DNA of 39,558 nt from Octopus bimaculoides (lineage: Eukaryota), in assembly GCF_001194135.2 (NCBI RefSeq), contig NC_069000.1, forward strand, positions 1,337,831-1,377,388, given 5' to 3'. Of the stretch, positions 1-9,900 are shown in pieces; position 1 is the first letter of the stretch; each line of letters opens with the position of its first letter. The notes under the pieces are model-generated. The model was not told where the DNA came from. It searched no databases and worked only from the letters and a program-made list of their open reading frames with translations. The position numbers and the translations under genes were made by a program.

Positions 1-40
1 CAGGGTTATTTCCCTTCGTCAGCGTCCGATAGCTACCGAC
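1..40 (-). ncRNA. Partial hammerhead-ribozyme-like core (CUGACGA, stem II AGGG/CCCU, G12), truncated by the window edge; possibly a Penelope-like element repeat
   Basis: Reverse complement of 22..1 reads CTGACGA-AGGG-AAATAA-CCCT-G. The AAA, stem III and cleavage site would lie outside the window. Confidence 0.4.
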
Positions 41-748
41 CTTCGATGAGAGGTATAAATTCTTGGCAACCTTATGTATATTTTTCCAGTGAAATTCTTC
101 ACTGATAACGAAAAGGTGAAAACAAGCAATGTTAATTCTCTAAATGAAGTATTAACAGTAACTGCACGATAAAGTGAAGTGTATTGCCACTTAAGTGTGG
201 CTGACCCCTAGGGGTGGATGTTACTGTTGCTTTAGCCCCAGGAGGACATCTCCTCCAGCTGGCTTATCGACACACTACTGAAGTTTGTTTAAAAAGAAAA
301 ACCCTGACAGTGTAATTTTATGAGAAATACTGTCATAAAATGGTTAACTGATGTCGGAAGACTTTTTTATACCACTTAGTTCTGCTGATTACATCTGCCC
401 CTGCCCGAACTACCTTTTCCAGTCTAAATACTTCAAAATAACATTTCCCAACCAGCAGTGTTTCTTGGAATTAGGTCACTTTACAAAACTGAAGAATCAA
501 AGAACAGAAAGAGGAAACCAGAAGGAAAAAATGCCAAAACAGCAACAGAAATGTAAAGTTCCCAAATCAAATCTATTCTTAGATTGTGTTTCAATGAATT
601 TGATATCTTTTTTATTCAAAATATTCTGATTCCAGTTGGCTTTTATGCATGTCACACTGCCTGCTCTATATGTTAATACTAATCTATACACATATTAAAC
701 TTACTTAAATACATGTTTGCACTAACATAACCATCTAATTTAACCTCA

Positions 749-750
<2 letters not shown>

Positions 751-789
<39 letters not shown>
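751..789. repeat. (TA)n microsatellite
   Basis: Direct reading; one of many (TA)n/(CA)n/(GA)n tracts in the window. Confidence 0.95.
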
Positions 790-794
<5 letters not shown>

Positions 795-897
795 CATATG
801 CATATATGGGTACAGGACGTCACCAACAGTCAGTAAACAACATGAAATACGAAAATAAATGAGTTCAGTATGTATGCATGGATGTAATCATTGCTGT

Positions 898-1000
898 CAT
901 TGTTTCAACATCCACTTTTCCATGCTTGCATGTGATGAATGAAGTTTATTAAGGCAGGCTTTCTACGGCTGGATGCCCTTCCTGTCTCCAACCCTCCCTG
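898..1000 (-). mobile_element. Degraded RTE-LINE 3' end fragment
   Basis: aacatccacttttccatgcttgcatg...gctggatgcccttcct matches the better copies at 11106 and 15641. Confidence 0.55.
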
Positions 1001-1020
1001 TTTCCTAGTAAAGTAATATA

Positions 1021-1243
1021 AGCTGGCAGAAACGTTAGCACGCCGGGCGAAATGCTTAGCGGTATTTTGTCTGCCGCTATGTTCTGAGTTCAAATTCCGC
1101 CGAGGTCGACTTTGCCTTTCATCCTTTCGGGGTCGATTAAATAATTACCAGTTATACACTGGGGTCGATATAATCGACTTAATCCGTTTGTCTGACCTTG
1201 TTTGTCTCCTCTGTGTGTAGCCCCTTGTGGGCAGTAAAGCAAT
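1021..1243 (+). mobile_element. tRNA-derived SINE, family A, near full length
   Basis: agctggcagaaacgttagcacgccgggcgaaatgcttagcgg...gttcaaattccgccgaggtcgactttgcctttcatcc; homologous copies at 4105, 18900, 22330, 35600, 38870 and 39045. Confidence 0.85.
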
Positions 1244-1569
1244 AACACATGTACATAATATACACACGCACTCACACACATGCACATGCACACACACATA
1301 TTTATTTATATTATCAGAAGTTGATGTTTCTTCCATTCTTACTCAAGTCACACCCATGAAATCTAGAAGGAATTTGGAACAATCAACTTACCATAATTTG
1401 GAGACTGGCAGTCATCACCATGCCACCCTGTTTCACAACCACCCTGGCATGCTCCTGTCAGCTGGTGGCATGTCGATCCATTAATGCAGTTACACTTTTG
1501 TAAGCAGTTCTCACCGTAGAGTTCTGGAGGACAGCCTAAAACAAGAACATTGAATAGAGAAATAAATAT

Positions 1570-2091
1570 GCAGAGAATGATGGGTAAATTGTCGCCATTT
1601 TATATTTCTAATTTCCCGCATGCTCATTGTTTACTTTTGATTTTGTCAACTACACAGTATAGAAGTGTCAGTTAGGCACCATCTGTGAGAAAAACAGTAC
1701 CATGACACAATTTACTCTGCCAGAAATTTGGAAATGATATGCTGTACTACTTGGTATTCATGCCAGAAGATCCAATACGAACATCTCAGAGTGTTTGGGT
1801 GTTAATCTGAGGATAGTGCAGAGGATTCGGAAAGCATTGGATGAGTCTAATGTTGATTATGAAGGTATGGCAGCTTGGAAAGCTCACTCTGATCATTCTG
1901 ATAACAAAAGAATTCCTGAATTTGTTGGTGAGATCCAGGCCATGATTGACAAAAGTCCTTTCAAGTCAATCAGGTCCATCTTATTAAACAGGTAGTGCAT
2001 GAAGACATTCGGTATTCCTCATGCAAGATGAGAAAGGGCCAGCTTTTATCCCAAGCCATCAAGGTCAAGAGAAAAGACCATGCTACAAAGC
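1570..2091 (+). mobile_element. Tc1/mariner-superfamily transposon, 5' part with disrupted N-terminal transposase
   Basis: From ATG 1702: MTQFTLPEIWK*YAVLLGIHARRSNTNISECLGVNLRIVQRIRKALDES...PFKSIRSI, then a frameshift to LIKQVVHEDIRYSSCKMRKGQLLSQ. HTH-like N-terminus; family recalled, not searched. Confidence 0.7.
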
Positions 2092-2596
2092 CAACCCCAA
2101 CAGCCACAATTATTAACATTTTCTACAAAATTTACGAATATAAACTGTCTGTTTATTATTAAATATATTTGCAGATTGGAAGTAGCAGTGATTGGAGGAA
2201 AGAGAAAGAAGAGGAGAACAACAACAACAATAACAAAAATAACAACAATATGTCACTAAGTATTAACCAGTGACAGAGTTTCACCATTCAACTCCTTACC
2301 CCCCACTGCTGCTTCAATGTTGATCCCTGAAGCTTTCAATCTGGCTCTCAACTGGGGTCCACAGAAAAATCTGCTGTTTCAATTTATGTGCAATATATGT
2401 GCAGTTATATTTCTGCAGTACACAAAATATTTTAATAATTGTTTTTTTTTTTGACAATTCCTATTAACATTTAATTATAAAAATACACAGCAAATGGCTT
2501 TGGAGGCCCAGTGGAGTGAAATGGGAATTAATGGCATCCCTAGGCAAAAAATGGTTGAGAACCACAGTTGTAAATGATGCTACAGCAGCAACTTAC

Positions 2597-2746
2597 CCAG
2601 GAGCTCTATATTCCGAACGCACATTCCAGTTCCTTGAATGTTGAGTGAGTCCGTAAAGATGTCACCTTGGCATTTCAGTGTGGTGTCTGATATGAGAACG
2701 CAGGACAGTTTGTCATCTTGTCCTGTTGTCACAATAATTTCATTAT
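2597..2746 (-). CDS. Exon of the unnamed secreted gene: second half of a galactose-binding-like module
   Basis: ttcttcacttgcag|AT...CTG G|gtaagt; 150 nt, phase 1-1; NEIIVTTGQDDKLSCVLISDTTLKCQGDIFTDSLNIQGTGMCVRNIELL(G), whose end resembles the CEVEVYG motif of F5/8C-fucolectin folds. Confidence 0.78.
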
Positions 2747-3109
2747 CTGCAAGTGAAGAACAACAGAGAAGTGATGAGGTAAGTGGCAAGATACAGAAAT
2801 GATGAAGACAAGCCATGTTGTCTATTCCAGTCTGAAAGCTTTGCTTGCAAACCCAACGTTCTGCTATAATTAGAAGCTTGTCAGTTCATTGCATTGGGAA
2901 GGGATGGAATTAACACAGTCATGTCTGCACCTGTATTTCTAGTCATAGTCTTCCTGAATTAAAAAAAAAAAACGGAAAACCAAAGTAGGTGGTCATGGCT
3001 AGAATACGTTTGATCATAGGTCCATTGACAAAGGCACAACCTGATCATAGACAACAACAACAACAATGAAATCAGATGTTTGATGAGAGAAGAGACTTGA
3101 TTTACTTAC

Positions 3110-3259
3110 TCAAATCCTCTATGATCAATATTATTGTGTTGATTCGGTAGAGATTATAGAAATCCACTTTTAGTGGGAGATCAGCACAGTTTTTGTTATC
3201 AGCACTAAACAAATGGCCATGAGTTGGGTTTCCTTTTTCTATGAACTTGTGGTATAATC
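3110..3259 (-). CDS. Exon of the unnamed secreted gene: first half of a galactose-binding-like module
   Basis: ttctctttcag|GA...TTG A|gtaagt; 150 nt, phase 1-1; (R)LYHKFIEKGNPTHGHLFSADNKNCADLPLKVDFYNLYRINTIILIIEDL; in frame with both neighbouring exons. Confidence 0.75.
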
Positions 3260-3293
3260 CTGAAAGAGAAAGTGAAAACGACAACGGGTTTGA

Positions 3294-3475
3294 CTGACAA
3301 TAGTAAAGACAAGGAAACTGGAATGGTATGGCCATGTTAGTAGAAGCTCCAGCTGAGCAATGACAATCTTGCAGGACGCAGTGGAAGGTGGAGAAAAAGC
3401 AAGGCAGGCCAAAAGAGTGGACAGGCTTCAGTTTTGCTGAGCCACAGAGGGCAGGAGAAAACCAAGAGGGGTTCA
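3294..3475 (+). mobile_element. RTE-type LINE ORF C-terminal fragment, intronic and antisense to the host gene
   Basis: LTIVKTRKLEWYGHVSRSSS*AMTILQDAVEGGEKARQ resembles the RTE C-terminal motif RKLxWYGHVxR...TILQGxVEGGRRRG. Confidence 0.75.
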
Positions 3476-3835
3476 CTCTCCTGCTTGCAATATATCAGAT
3501 GCTGGTTGTATCATTAATCAGCAAGAGGAAATGTCCTCTTCAGGTTTAAAAAATCACAGTAATGTTCATTTGTATGGAACAGCCAAGTGGCAACAAACAT
3601 TACTTGCCAGTACAGTTACTGCTTTCATCTCTTATAGAAATTTTATAACTAGCTGCTTGCTTGTGTGTGTGTGTGTTTGTACATACATATATGTATATAT
3701 ATATGTGTACACACACACGCACATATGAGTATTATGTGTATATATATATATGTGTGTGTGTGTGTGCACATATATTTGCTTGTAGATCAATAATAATTCT
3801 CAATCCAAAATGAAAAAGTTCTAGAAAGTTCTTAC

Positions 3836-3982
3836 GTTGCTGACAGTTTGGTCCGCTGTAGCCCTCCAAGCACTCTCCTGCACACGTGCCATCGTTAGCA
3901 AAATCACATTCCTTCAGTTCCTTGCAATGGCACTGGTACTTCTGCTGTTTGCCAAACCTGTCGACATTTTTTTTGCATCCCT
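3836..3982 (-). CDS. Exon of the unnamed secreted gene: EGF/laminin-EGF-like module
   Basis: gtcttcaacag|AG...CAA C|gtaag; 147 nt, phase 1-1; GCKKNVDRFGKQQKYQCHCKELKECDFANDGTCAGECLEGYSGPNCQQ has the CHC..C..GxC..C..GxxGxxCQ spacing of molluscan MEGF-like repeats. Confidence 0.85.
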
Positions 3983-4045
3983 CTGTTGAAGACAAAACAA
4001 TATAACGTCAGTGTATGTGTGCATATGCACATGTGTGTGTGTGTG

Positions 4046-4048
<3 letters not shown>

Positions 4049-4105
<57 letters not shown>
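4049..4105. repeat. (ATT)n microsatellite
   Basis: Direct reading; explains the poly-N/poly-L/poly-I ORFs in the track. Confidence 0.95.
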
Positions 4106-4106
<1 letters not shown>

Positions 4107-4300
4107 GGTGGCGAGCTGGCAGAATTGTTAGCATGCCGGGCAAAATGCCTAGTGGTGTTTGGTCTGCCCTTATGATCTTTTGGGGTGGGCCAGCTTGCTA
4201 CACTCGTTGCAATATGTGAGATTGTTTCATTTTCATTGCCACACACCTTACAAAGGGATAATCCACCTTATTCTAACCCATTCAAGTTAATACCCCTTAC

Positions 4301-4393
4301 CTGGAATTCTACTGCACGCCTTGAAGCAGGCCTCTTTTTTCTGGGGCGCATCCGTGACACAGTCTCCGTTGGTAATGTTGCAATCAGCTGCAC
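4301..4393 (-). CDS. Exon of the unnamed secreted gene: short four-cysteine module
   Basis: tttcacttaaaag|GT...CCA G|gtaagg; 93 nt, phase 1-1; (G)AADCNITNGDCVTDAPQKKEACFKACSRIP(E), with an NIT glycosylation sequon. Confidence 0.72.
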
Positions 4394-4589
4394 CTTTTAA
4401 GTGAAAATAGAAAGAGGGACTGTGATGAGAATGTTCTGGAATTGTGGTTTTAGTAACATTAGGATGAGAGAAAAGACACACAGACACACACTGAATAATA
4501 ATAATAATAATAATAATTAACTTATGGTGCTGCTCAAGTTCACCACAATTCCTCAGAAAATAGAACCAAAACTGCATGAACAATATTCT

Positions 4590-4710
4590 TTTATTCTTTT
4601 ATTACTTGTTTCAGTCATTTGACTGTGGCCATGCTGGAGCACCGCCTTTAGTCGAGAAAATTGACCCCAGGACTTACTCTTTTCAAGCCTAGCACTTATT
4701 CTATTGGTCT
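4590..4710 (-). mobile_element. SINE family B fragment
   Basis: tttattacttgtttcagtcatttgactgtggccatgctggagcaccgcctttagtcgag...gaccccaggactta; homologues at 9700-9900, 11455-11620, 16160-16330, 18990-19110 and 22700-22780. Confidence 0.8.
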
Positions 4711-4793
4711 CTATGTATGGATATATGCATATATTTATATATTATTTATATCATTATATATATCCACACATATATATGTAAAATTTAAGTATT

Positions 4794-4853
<60 letters not shown>

Positions 4854-5566
4854 GTGGGGAGAGAGACAGAGAGGGAGTATAAACATAAATTAGTGCAGAC
4901 TCTATATATGCATATCAGTGCTGAAGCCACAGCTGACTGGCTGGCTGGCTGGCTGGCTTGTTGACTGTGAAGTTGGCTGCTGGTGTTTTGTGGGGCAATC
5001 ACTCTGCAAAGCTGTGAGTGGGCTTGGAATTGCTGGTGCAGCAACAAAGCAGAATAAGAAGTGATTAGATGGCCATGCAGGGCAGACTTTCGGCTTGTTG
5101 CTGCTGAGGGGTGGGACTTGATCAATCTTGGTCCAGTCAGCTGGGTGAGTCAGGGAGATGGGGAGGGGGACATGCTGAAAGGCCTGAAATACCCCAAAGA
5201 CCCCCAGGAGCATCACTGATGATGCATCCTATAACATCTGGGAGATGTATCTTGGAACTATACGTGTGTGTGAGTGCATACACACCCACACACATACATG
5301 CATACACACACAAACATACACCCATATATACCGAAGCCTTGTGATTGAATTTGGTCGGTGGAAGTTACTGCCATGTGTGTATATGTCTGTGTATGTGCTT
5401 GTGCCTCTCTCCCAAAGAGAGAGAGGGAGAGAGGGTGTGTACCTACATATATATACAGGTATGTTGGGGCAAACAGGAAAAATAGAACTCAAAATATGAG
5501 AATATATTTTTATTAGTATTTAGCAGAAGCAACGGAGTGACTCAAGGTTCATACATTGGCACTTAC

Positions 5567-5625
5567 CAAAGTGATTAGTGTCAATGCACGAAACTCTCTG
5601 ACCTTGAGTCACTCTGTTACTTCTG
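5567..5625 (-). other. Candidate cassette exon with a strong donor and ambiguous acceptor (in frame only as 5602-5567)
   Basis: Donor TTTG|gtaagt at 5567/5566. Acceptor AAG at 5604-5603 gives (G)QRVSCIDTNHF(G) in frame. The upstream TAG/CAG/AAG/CAG acceptors lead to TGA at 5611-5609. Confidence 0.35.
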
Positions 5626-6130
5626 CTAAATAATATATATGTGTGTGTGTGTGTGTGAATGTATGTATGTGTATATATATATTTATATATGAATGTATGT
5701 ATGCATGTATATATGCATGTATGTATATATGAATGTATGCACATGCAGGGAGAAGAGGGAGAGAGAAAGAAAGAGTATTATAGAGTGGAAGAGATAAATG
5801 GAAGCATACAGAAATGGAGAGAAAGAGAGAAGGGACAGGAAAATAGTAAGTCAAAAAGAGGGACAAATTTCTTCCTCCAGAAAAGAAACAGAGAGAGAGA
5901 GAGAGAGAGAGACAGACACACTGACAGACAGGCAGGCAGATAAATTTGATAGAGAACATATTTTAGTGTTTATTCCCACTGCGGGGACTGCTGAGACAAG
6001 TGTTTTTTGTACTGAAGCCTAGGTTTAACAAATATCCTTTGTATGGGGGTCTATGAAAAGTAGGGGTCTCAGCAGACACACTGATTTTGCCTTCAGAGAG
6101 CCAAAGAGGGGTTCATGACTATTTGACAGA

Positions 6131-6300
6131 CATCATCATCCTCATCATCGTTTAACGTCCTCCTTCCACGCTGGCATGGGTGGGATGGTTTCAGAAGAAC
6201 CGGCCAAGCAGAAGCCTGCACCAAACTTCTGTAACTGTTTTGGCAGGATTTTTACAGCTAGATATCCTTCCTGACCCCAACCACTCACTCAGCAGAGTGG
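6131..6300 (-). mobile_element. RTE-LINE 3' end with (GAT)n tail
   Basis: catcatcatc...gtttaacgtcc...ttccacgctggcatggg...ccaaccactc; same family as 11106, 15641 and 19425. Confidence 0.7.
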
Positions 6301-6520
6301 ACCTCTGACCTTTTATTTAAAAAAAAAAAAGAAGTAATAGTAGCACATAAAAACATATATTGTCGTTATTAAATAATGTGTGTGTGTGTGTGTGTGTGTT
6401 ACAACATTAAGAGTTTTTTTAACTCTTATTTCTAGCAATGTAGGTGGTCATACTTAACGATTAAATGTTTCCTTTAGGGTATTAAATTGCACCTAGCTGT
6501 TTATATTAGTTTTTAGTACA

Positions 6521-6551
<31 letters not shown>

Positions 6552-6728
6552 GTATGTATGTTTATATGTATGTATGCATGCGTGTATGTTTGTATATATG
6601 AGTGTGTGTGTGTGAGAGAGAGAGAGAGAAAAGTAGACAGGCAGGTAAAACAAATGCACAAAATTTATCGAGTGAATGGTCAAAAGATGACCAAACAAAA
6701 AATTAGAAAAAAAAATCATAATAAATAC

Positions 6729-6807
6729 CTGCTATATTTGTGGGTCCATTCCAACCAACCATAAATATTCCAACAGCAAAGAGCATCAGTGCAGATGTAG
6801 TTGCCAT
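6729..6807 (-). CDS. Putative first coding exon (signal peptide) of the unnamed secreted gene
   Basis: ACCATGG Kozak context; MATTSALMLFAVGIFMVGWNGPTNIA(G) has a hydrophobic core; the phase-1 donor GCA G|gtattt fits the downstream phase-1 exons. Confidence 0.62.
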
Positions 6808-7851
6808 GGTAATTAAATAATTTGATGCTTATCCCCTTTTTTTTTTTTCTTGTTTTGTTATTTTTCTCTCTCTTTTGCTCCTAGATTTCACTAATTTGGT
6901 TCGACTCCAGAAAGAATCTCCAAGATCTTATTTTCCAATCTCGTTTTCTAGCTTCAGAGGATTTTTAAGCAGGGTCCTTAACACATTCTCCTAAACCTTA
7001 AATTGTTTCTGGTCTTCTTTCAGTCTTACATATAAACACAACACATTGTTACAATTTATCTTTATACAAATTTATATACAAACATATATAAACAACAATT
7101 GTTTCACTAAATGATGTTTGGAGTCTCTTTAATATAATTAATGTAACAAATACTCTACAAAAATTCGTTCCTTCGGTATTGTGTATTTCTCAGGGATGTC
7201 TACAAGGGTGTGCTGTCAAAGACTTTAAAGCTGCTCCTGTTTTCAACTTGCTGTTCTCCAAAGGCGTGGCTAAAGCTAGCTAAAAACTCAGTCATTTGCA
7301 AAAAATTTACATAAAAATAATATAATTAAGCAAATATAAATATCTATTTGATCAAAATGTATAAACTTGTAGCACACCCAATACTTCAATACTTCTGCTT
7401 CATTGCATCATTATCTAATATGACAATCTTAGAAATTTTGAGATTCTTCAACAAAATAGATAAATAAATAGTTGAAGATTCTTCCAAAATTTCATTGGTG
7501 TAGGTTCTGTCTTTTAAAAGAAATTCAAAATCCAAATTTGTTGGTGCTGCAGATGATAGATGCTTTGACAAGATGAGATCCTTTATGATATCTCGAGTTC
7601 TGAGTCAAAATTTTTGAATTCAAACCATGTGAAAAAAGAAGCCAACTTTAAAAAAAGCTATGACAAACAAACAAGGAAAGAGTTTGGATGGCGGAGGGGG
7701 AGGAGGAAGGGGAGGAGGAGGAGGAAGTTGGTGTCGAGTTGTAACACTTCAGGACTTCCAAATGGAAACCTTCCACTTTCTTCTTTTCTTTAGCTTTAAC
7801 CTGTTAAAGGGGTCACAAAATATCTATATGGCGGCGGGGATGGGTGATAAA

Positions 7852-7861
7852 NNNNNNNNNN
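7852..7861. other. Assembly gap (10 N)
   Basis: N run. Confidence 1.
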
Positions 7862-8403
7862 GGCTTCAGTTGTCTCTTCTCTACATTCCTTCACAAAAGA
7901 AAACAAATATACACATAGTGAACGTAATGGCATTTAATTTAGCATGTGTATATGTATACATGTGTGCATGTATGTGAGTGCTTATGTGTGTGTGTGCATA
8001 CGTGTGTGTGTGTATGTGAAGATCTATAATATATTTTTCTGCACTGTATTCAAGTAGGGGGGTGTGTCTACCAATTACAGCTAATAAATATTAATGTCTA
8101 AGCATGTACAAGATCTGACATTTATAGGGGATGGAGGGATCAATTAATTACACAGAGGGCCCCCATTATATCACTAGTACTTATTTTATCAATGAACAGA
8201 ATCACTAAAGCTATGTGGGGAAACAGTCCCCATCATGTTTGAGGCTTTTCATGTATACCACTGGACATAAAGGGTCACAAAAAATGATGGTTGACAGAAT
8301 GGAGACCTCCATGGACTGTGAGGTCATTCAGCTATCTGATACTTTCCTGATTATTCTGGCCGTGCCTAGGAGGCAAACCTTTTGTAACAGTTCCACTGGG
8401 CAC

Positions 8404-9566
8404 CAGGCACATAACCACGGTGGAGCTATGGGGTACTCAGCACCCCCTGTATGAGAATTTGTTTTATCCACTTTTGAAATAAATACATTGTCGCTACCTT
8501 CTTTTTTCTCGTAAGCAATATCTGAAGTCGTTAAAGATGCAATAAATTGAATTTCTTTTGATTTAGTAGTTAGTGATAGGAAAACGTGGGTAAATTTAGA
8601 GCTGGTCCAAAGTGTTTGTTGTAGCTGTAACTGTTGTCGCAAAATTAGCTGCTGACCCGGTCATCAACTGTGGGGTTGAATTAAGGAGTGAGTGACACTG
8701 GGTCAGTTGTTGTTGTTGTTGTTGTTGTGGTGGTGCTCATGGTGGCGACGGCGGTGGTGGTGCTGGTGATTGTCGTTGTTACTGTTGAAATGTATGTGAA
8801 GAATTGTTGCTATAGTTAGAGATTTATGGTAATAAACGCACCCCTACACACGTATATATGTGAATAGAGACGGACGTTAAAAAGTCATTTTATTTCTACT
8901 TGTCAGAGAGGATTATTATTCGTGAAAAAGGAACAAAAATTTTTGAAATTTCCCAAAATATACATTCAGAAAGGATTTTTCAGGTGAGTACCTTCACTGA
9001 ATAATTTTTCTTACTCTTTGAACAAAGTTTATACTGAAATTATTTTGTGTTTAACTAAAAAAAACATAACTTTGAAGAAATTGAAAAAAAAAATTGCTTC
9101 AACTGAAATCTCTTACGAGTTTAATTTAAAAATACATAAATTTTAAGAAATTGTTACTCTTACTACGATATTCTACCTTAGAATTAATTATTGCGAATAT
9201 CAGTGCCCCAAAATAATGAATCATTACCGAAAAGGAGAACTGAAGCAATCCTTGCTGAATTTCCCATCTGATTCACCTAAAAATGCTAAACAGAAGAGAA
9301 TTGCAAACAAAGTTTCACAGCTCAAGGGAGGTCCTGCAAAGTCCCCGACACCTTCATTGGCTGATCTAGGCCAGGTCGACTGCCAACCAGAGCAGCCAGT
9401 TCTAGCTAAGTTTGATCCAAAAATTTATGGAAATCAGAGACGTGACTTATTTTTCAAGCACCTTCCGGAGTATTTGAGCGTTTCTAAGCAGGGCTGTTTT
9501 CTGCAAGTGCTCCACCCTTATTGCAGCCCCTATTTGTTCCACAAGGTTCTCGAGATGCCAACATAA
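8404..9566 (+). mobile_element. 5' portion of a hAT (Tip100/ZMYM1-like) DNA transposon with a disrupted N-terminal ORF
   Basis: Terminus-like caggcacataaccacggtggagctatggggtactcagcaccccct at 8404; ORF 9216-9566 contains LADLGQVDCQPEQPVLAKFDPKIYGNQRRD, and a shifted frame reads AVFCKC, resembling the TTF-type zinc-finger region of hAT transposases. No right end seen. Confidence 0.55.
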
Positions 9567-9699
9567 AAGAATACAAAAATGGACAGATGGATGGATGGAT
9601 GGCTGGACGGACGGACGGACGGACAAACGGATGGATAAATAGATAATGTGTGTGTGTGTATATGTGTGCTTGTCTTTGTATCTGTGTTTGTCACTGAAG

Positions 9700-9900
9700 C
9701 CATCACTTGACAACTGGTGCTGGTTTGTTTACATCCCCATAACTAGGCAGTTTGTCAAAAGACACCGATAAAATTAGTACCAAGTTTGAAAAGAATGTAT
9801 GCTGGTTGGGGGCAATCTTTTTGACTGAACCCTCCAAAGTGGTGCTCCAGTATGGCCACAGTCTAATGACTGAAACAAATAAAAGATAAAAAAACAAAAG
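9700..9900 (+). mobile_element. SINE family B
   Basis: catcacttgacaactggtgctggtttgtttacatccccataact...ggtgctccagtatggccacagtctaatgactgaaacaaataaaag. Confidence 0.75.

Noticed and set aside
351-691. ORFs 351-629 (+) and 497-691 (-); the latter ends in a hydrophobic tail that could be a membrane anchor for the secreted gene
   Set aside because: The needed phase-1 acceptor (agcag|GC) has no pyrimidine tract and is preceded by a TAG; no family similarity.
1021-1100. tRNA-like A/B boxes here and at 10951, 11625 and 21462
   Set aside because: These are heads of multicopy SINEs; no cloverleaf or anticodon arm could be built.
4900-5230. GC-richer stretch with several overlapping ORFs
   Set aside because: No coherent motif or splice pair; probably an old repeat plus a (GGCT)n microsatellite.
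3904-6764. Many ORFs rich in HT/YI/CV/RE or poly-N/L
   Set aside because: Translations of di- and trinucleotide microsatellites.
7386-7605. Minus-strand frame ending KIVILDNDAMKQKY, faintly Walker-B-like
   Set aside because: No Walker A, no matching donor, stops on both sides; cannot be tied to a gene.
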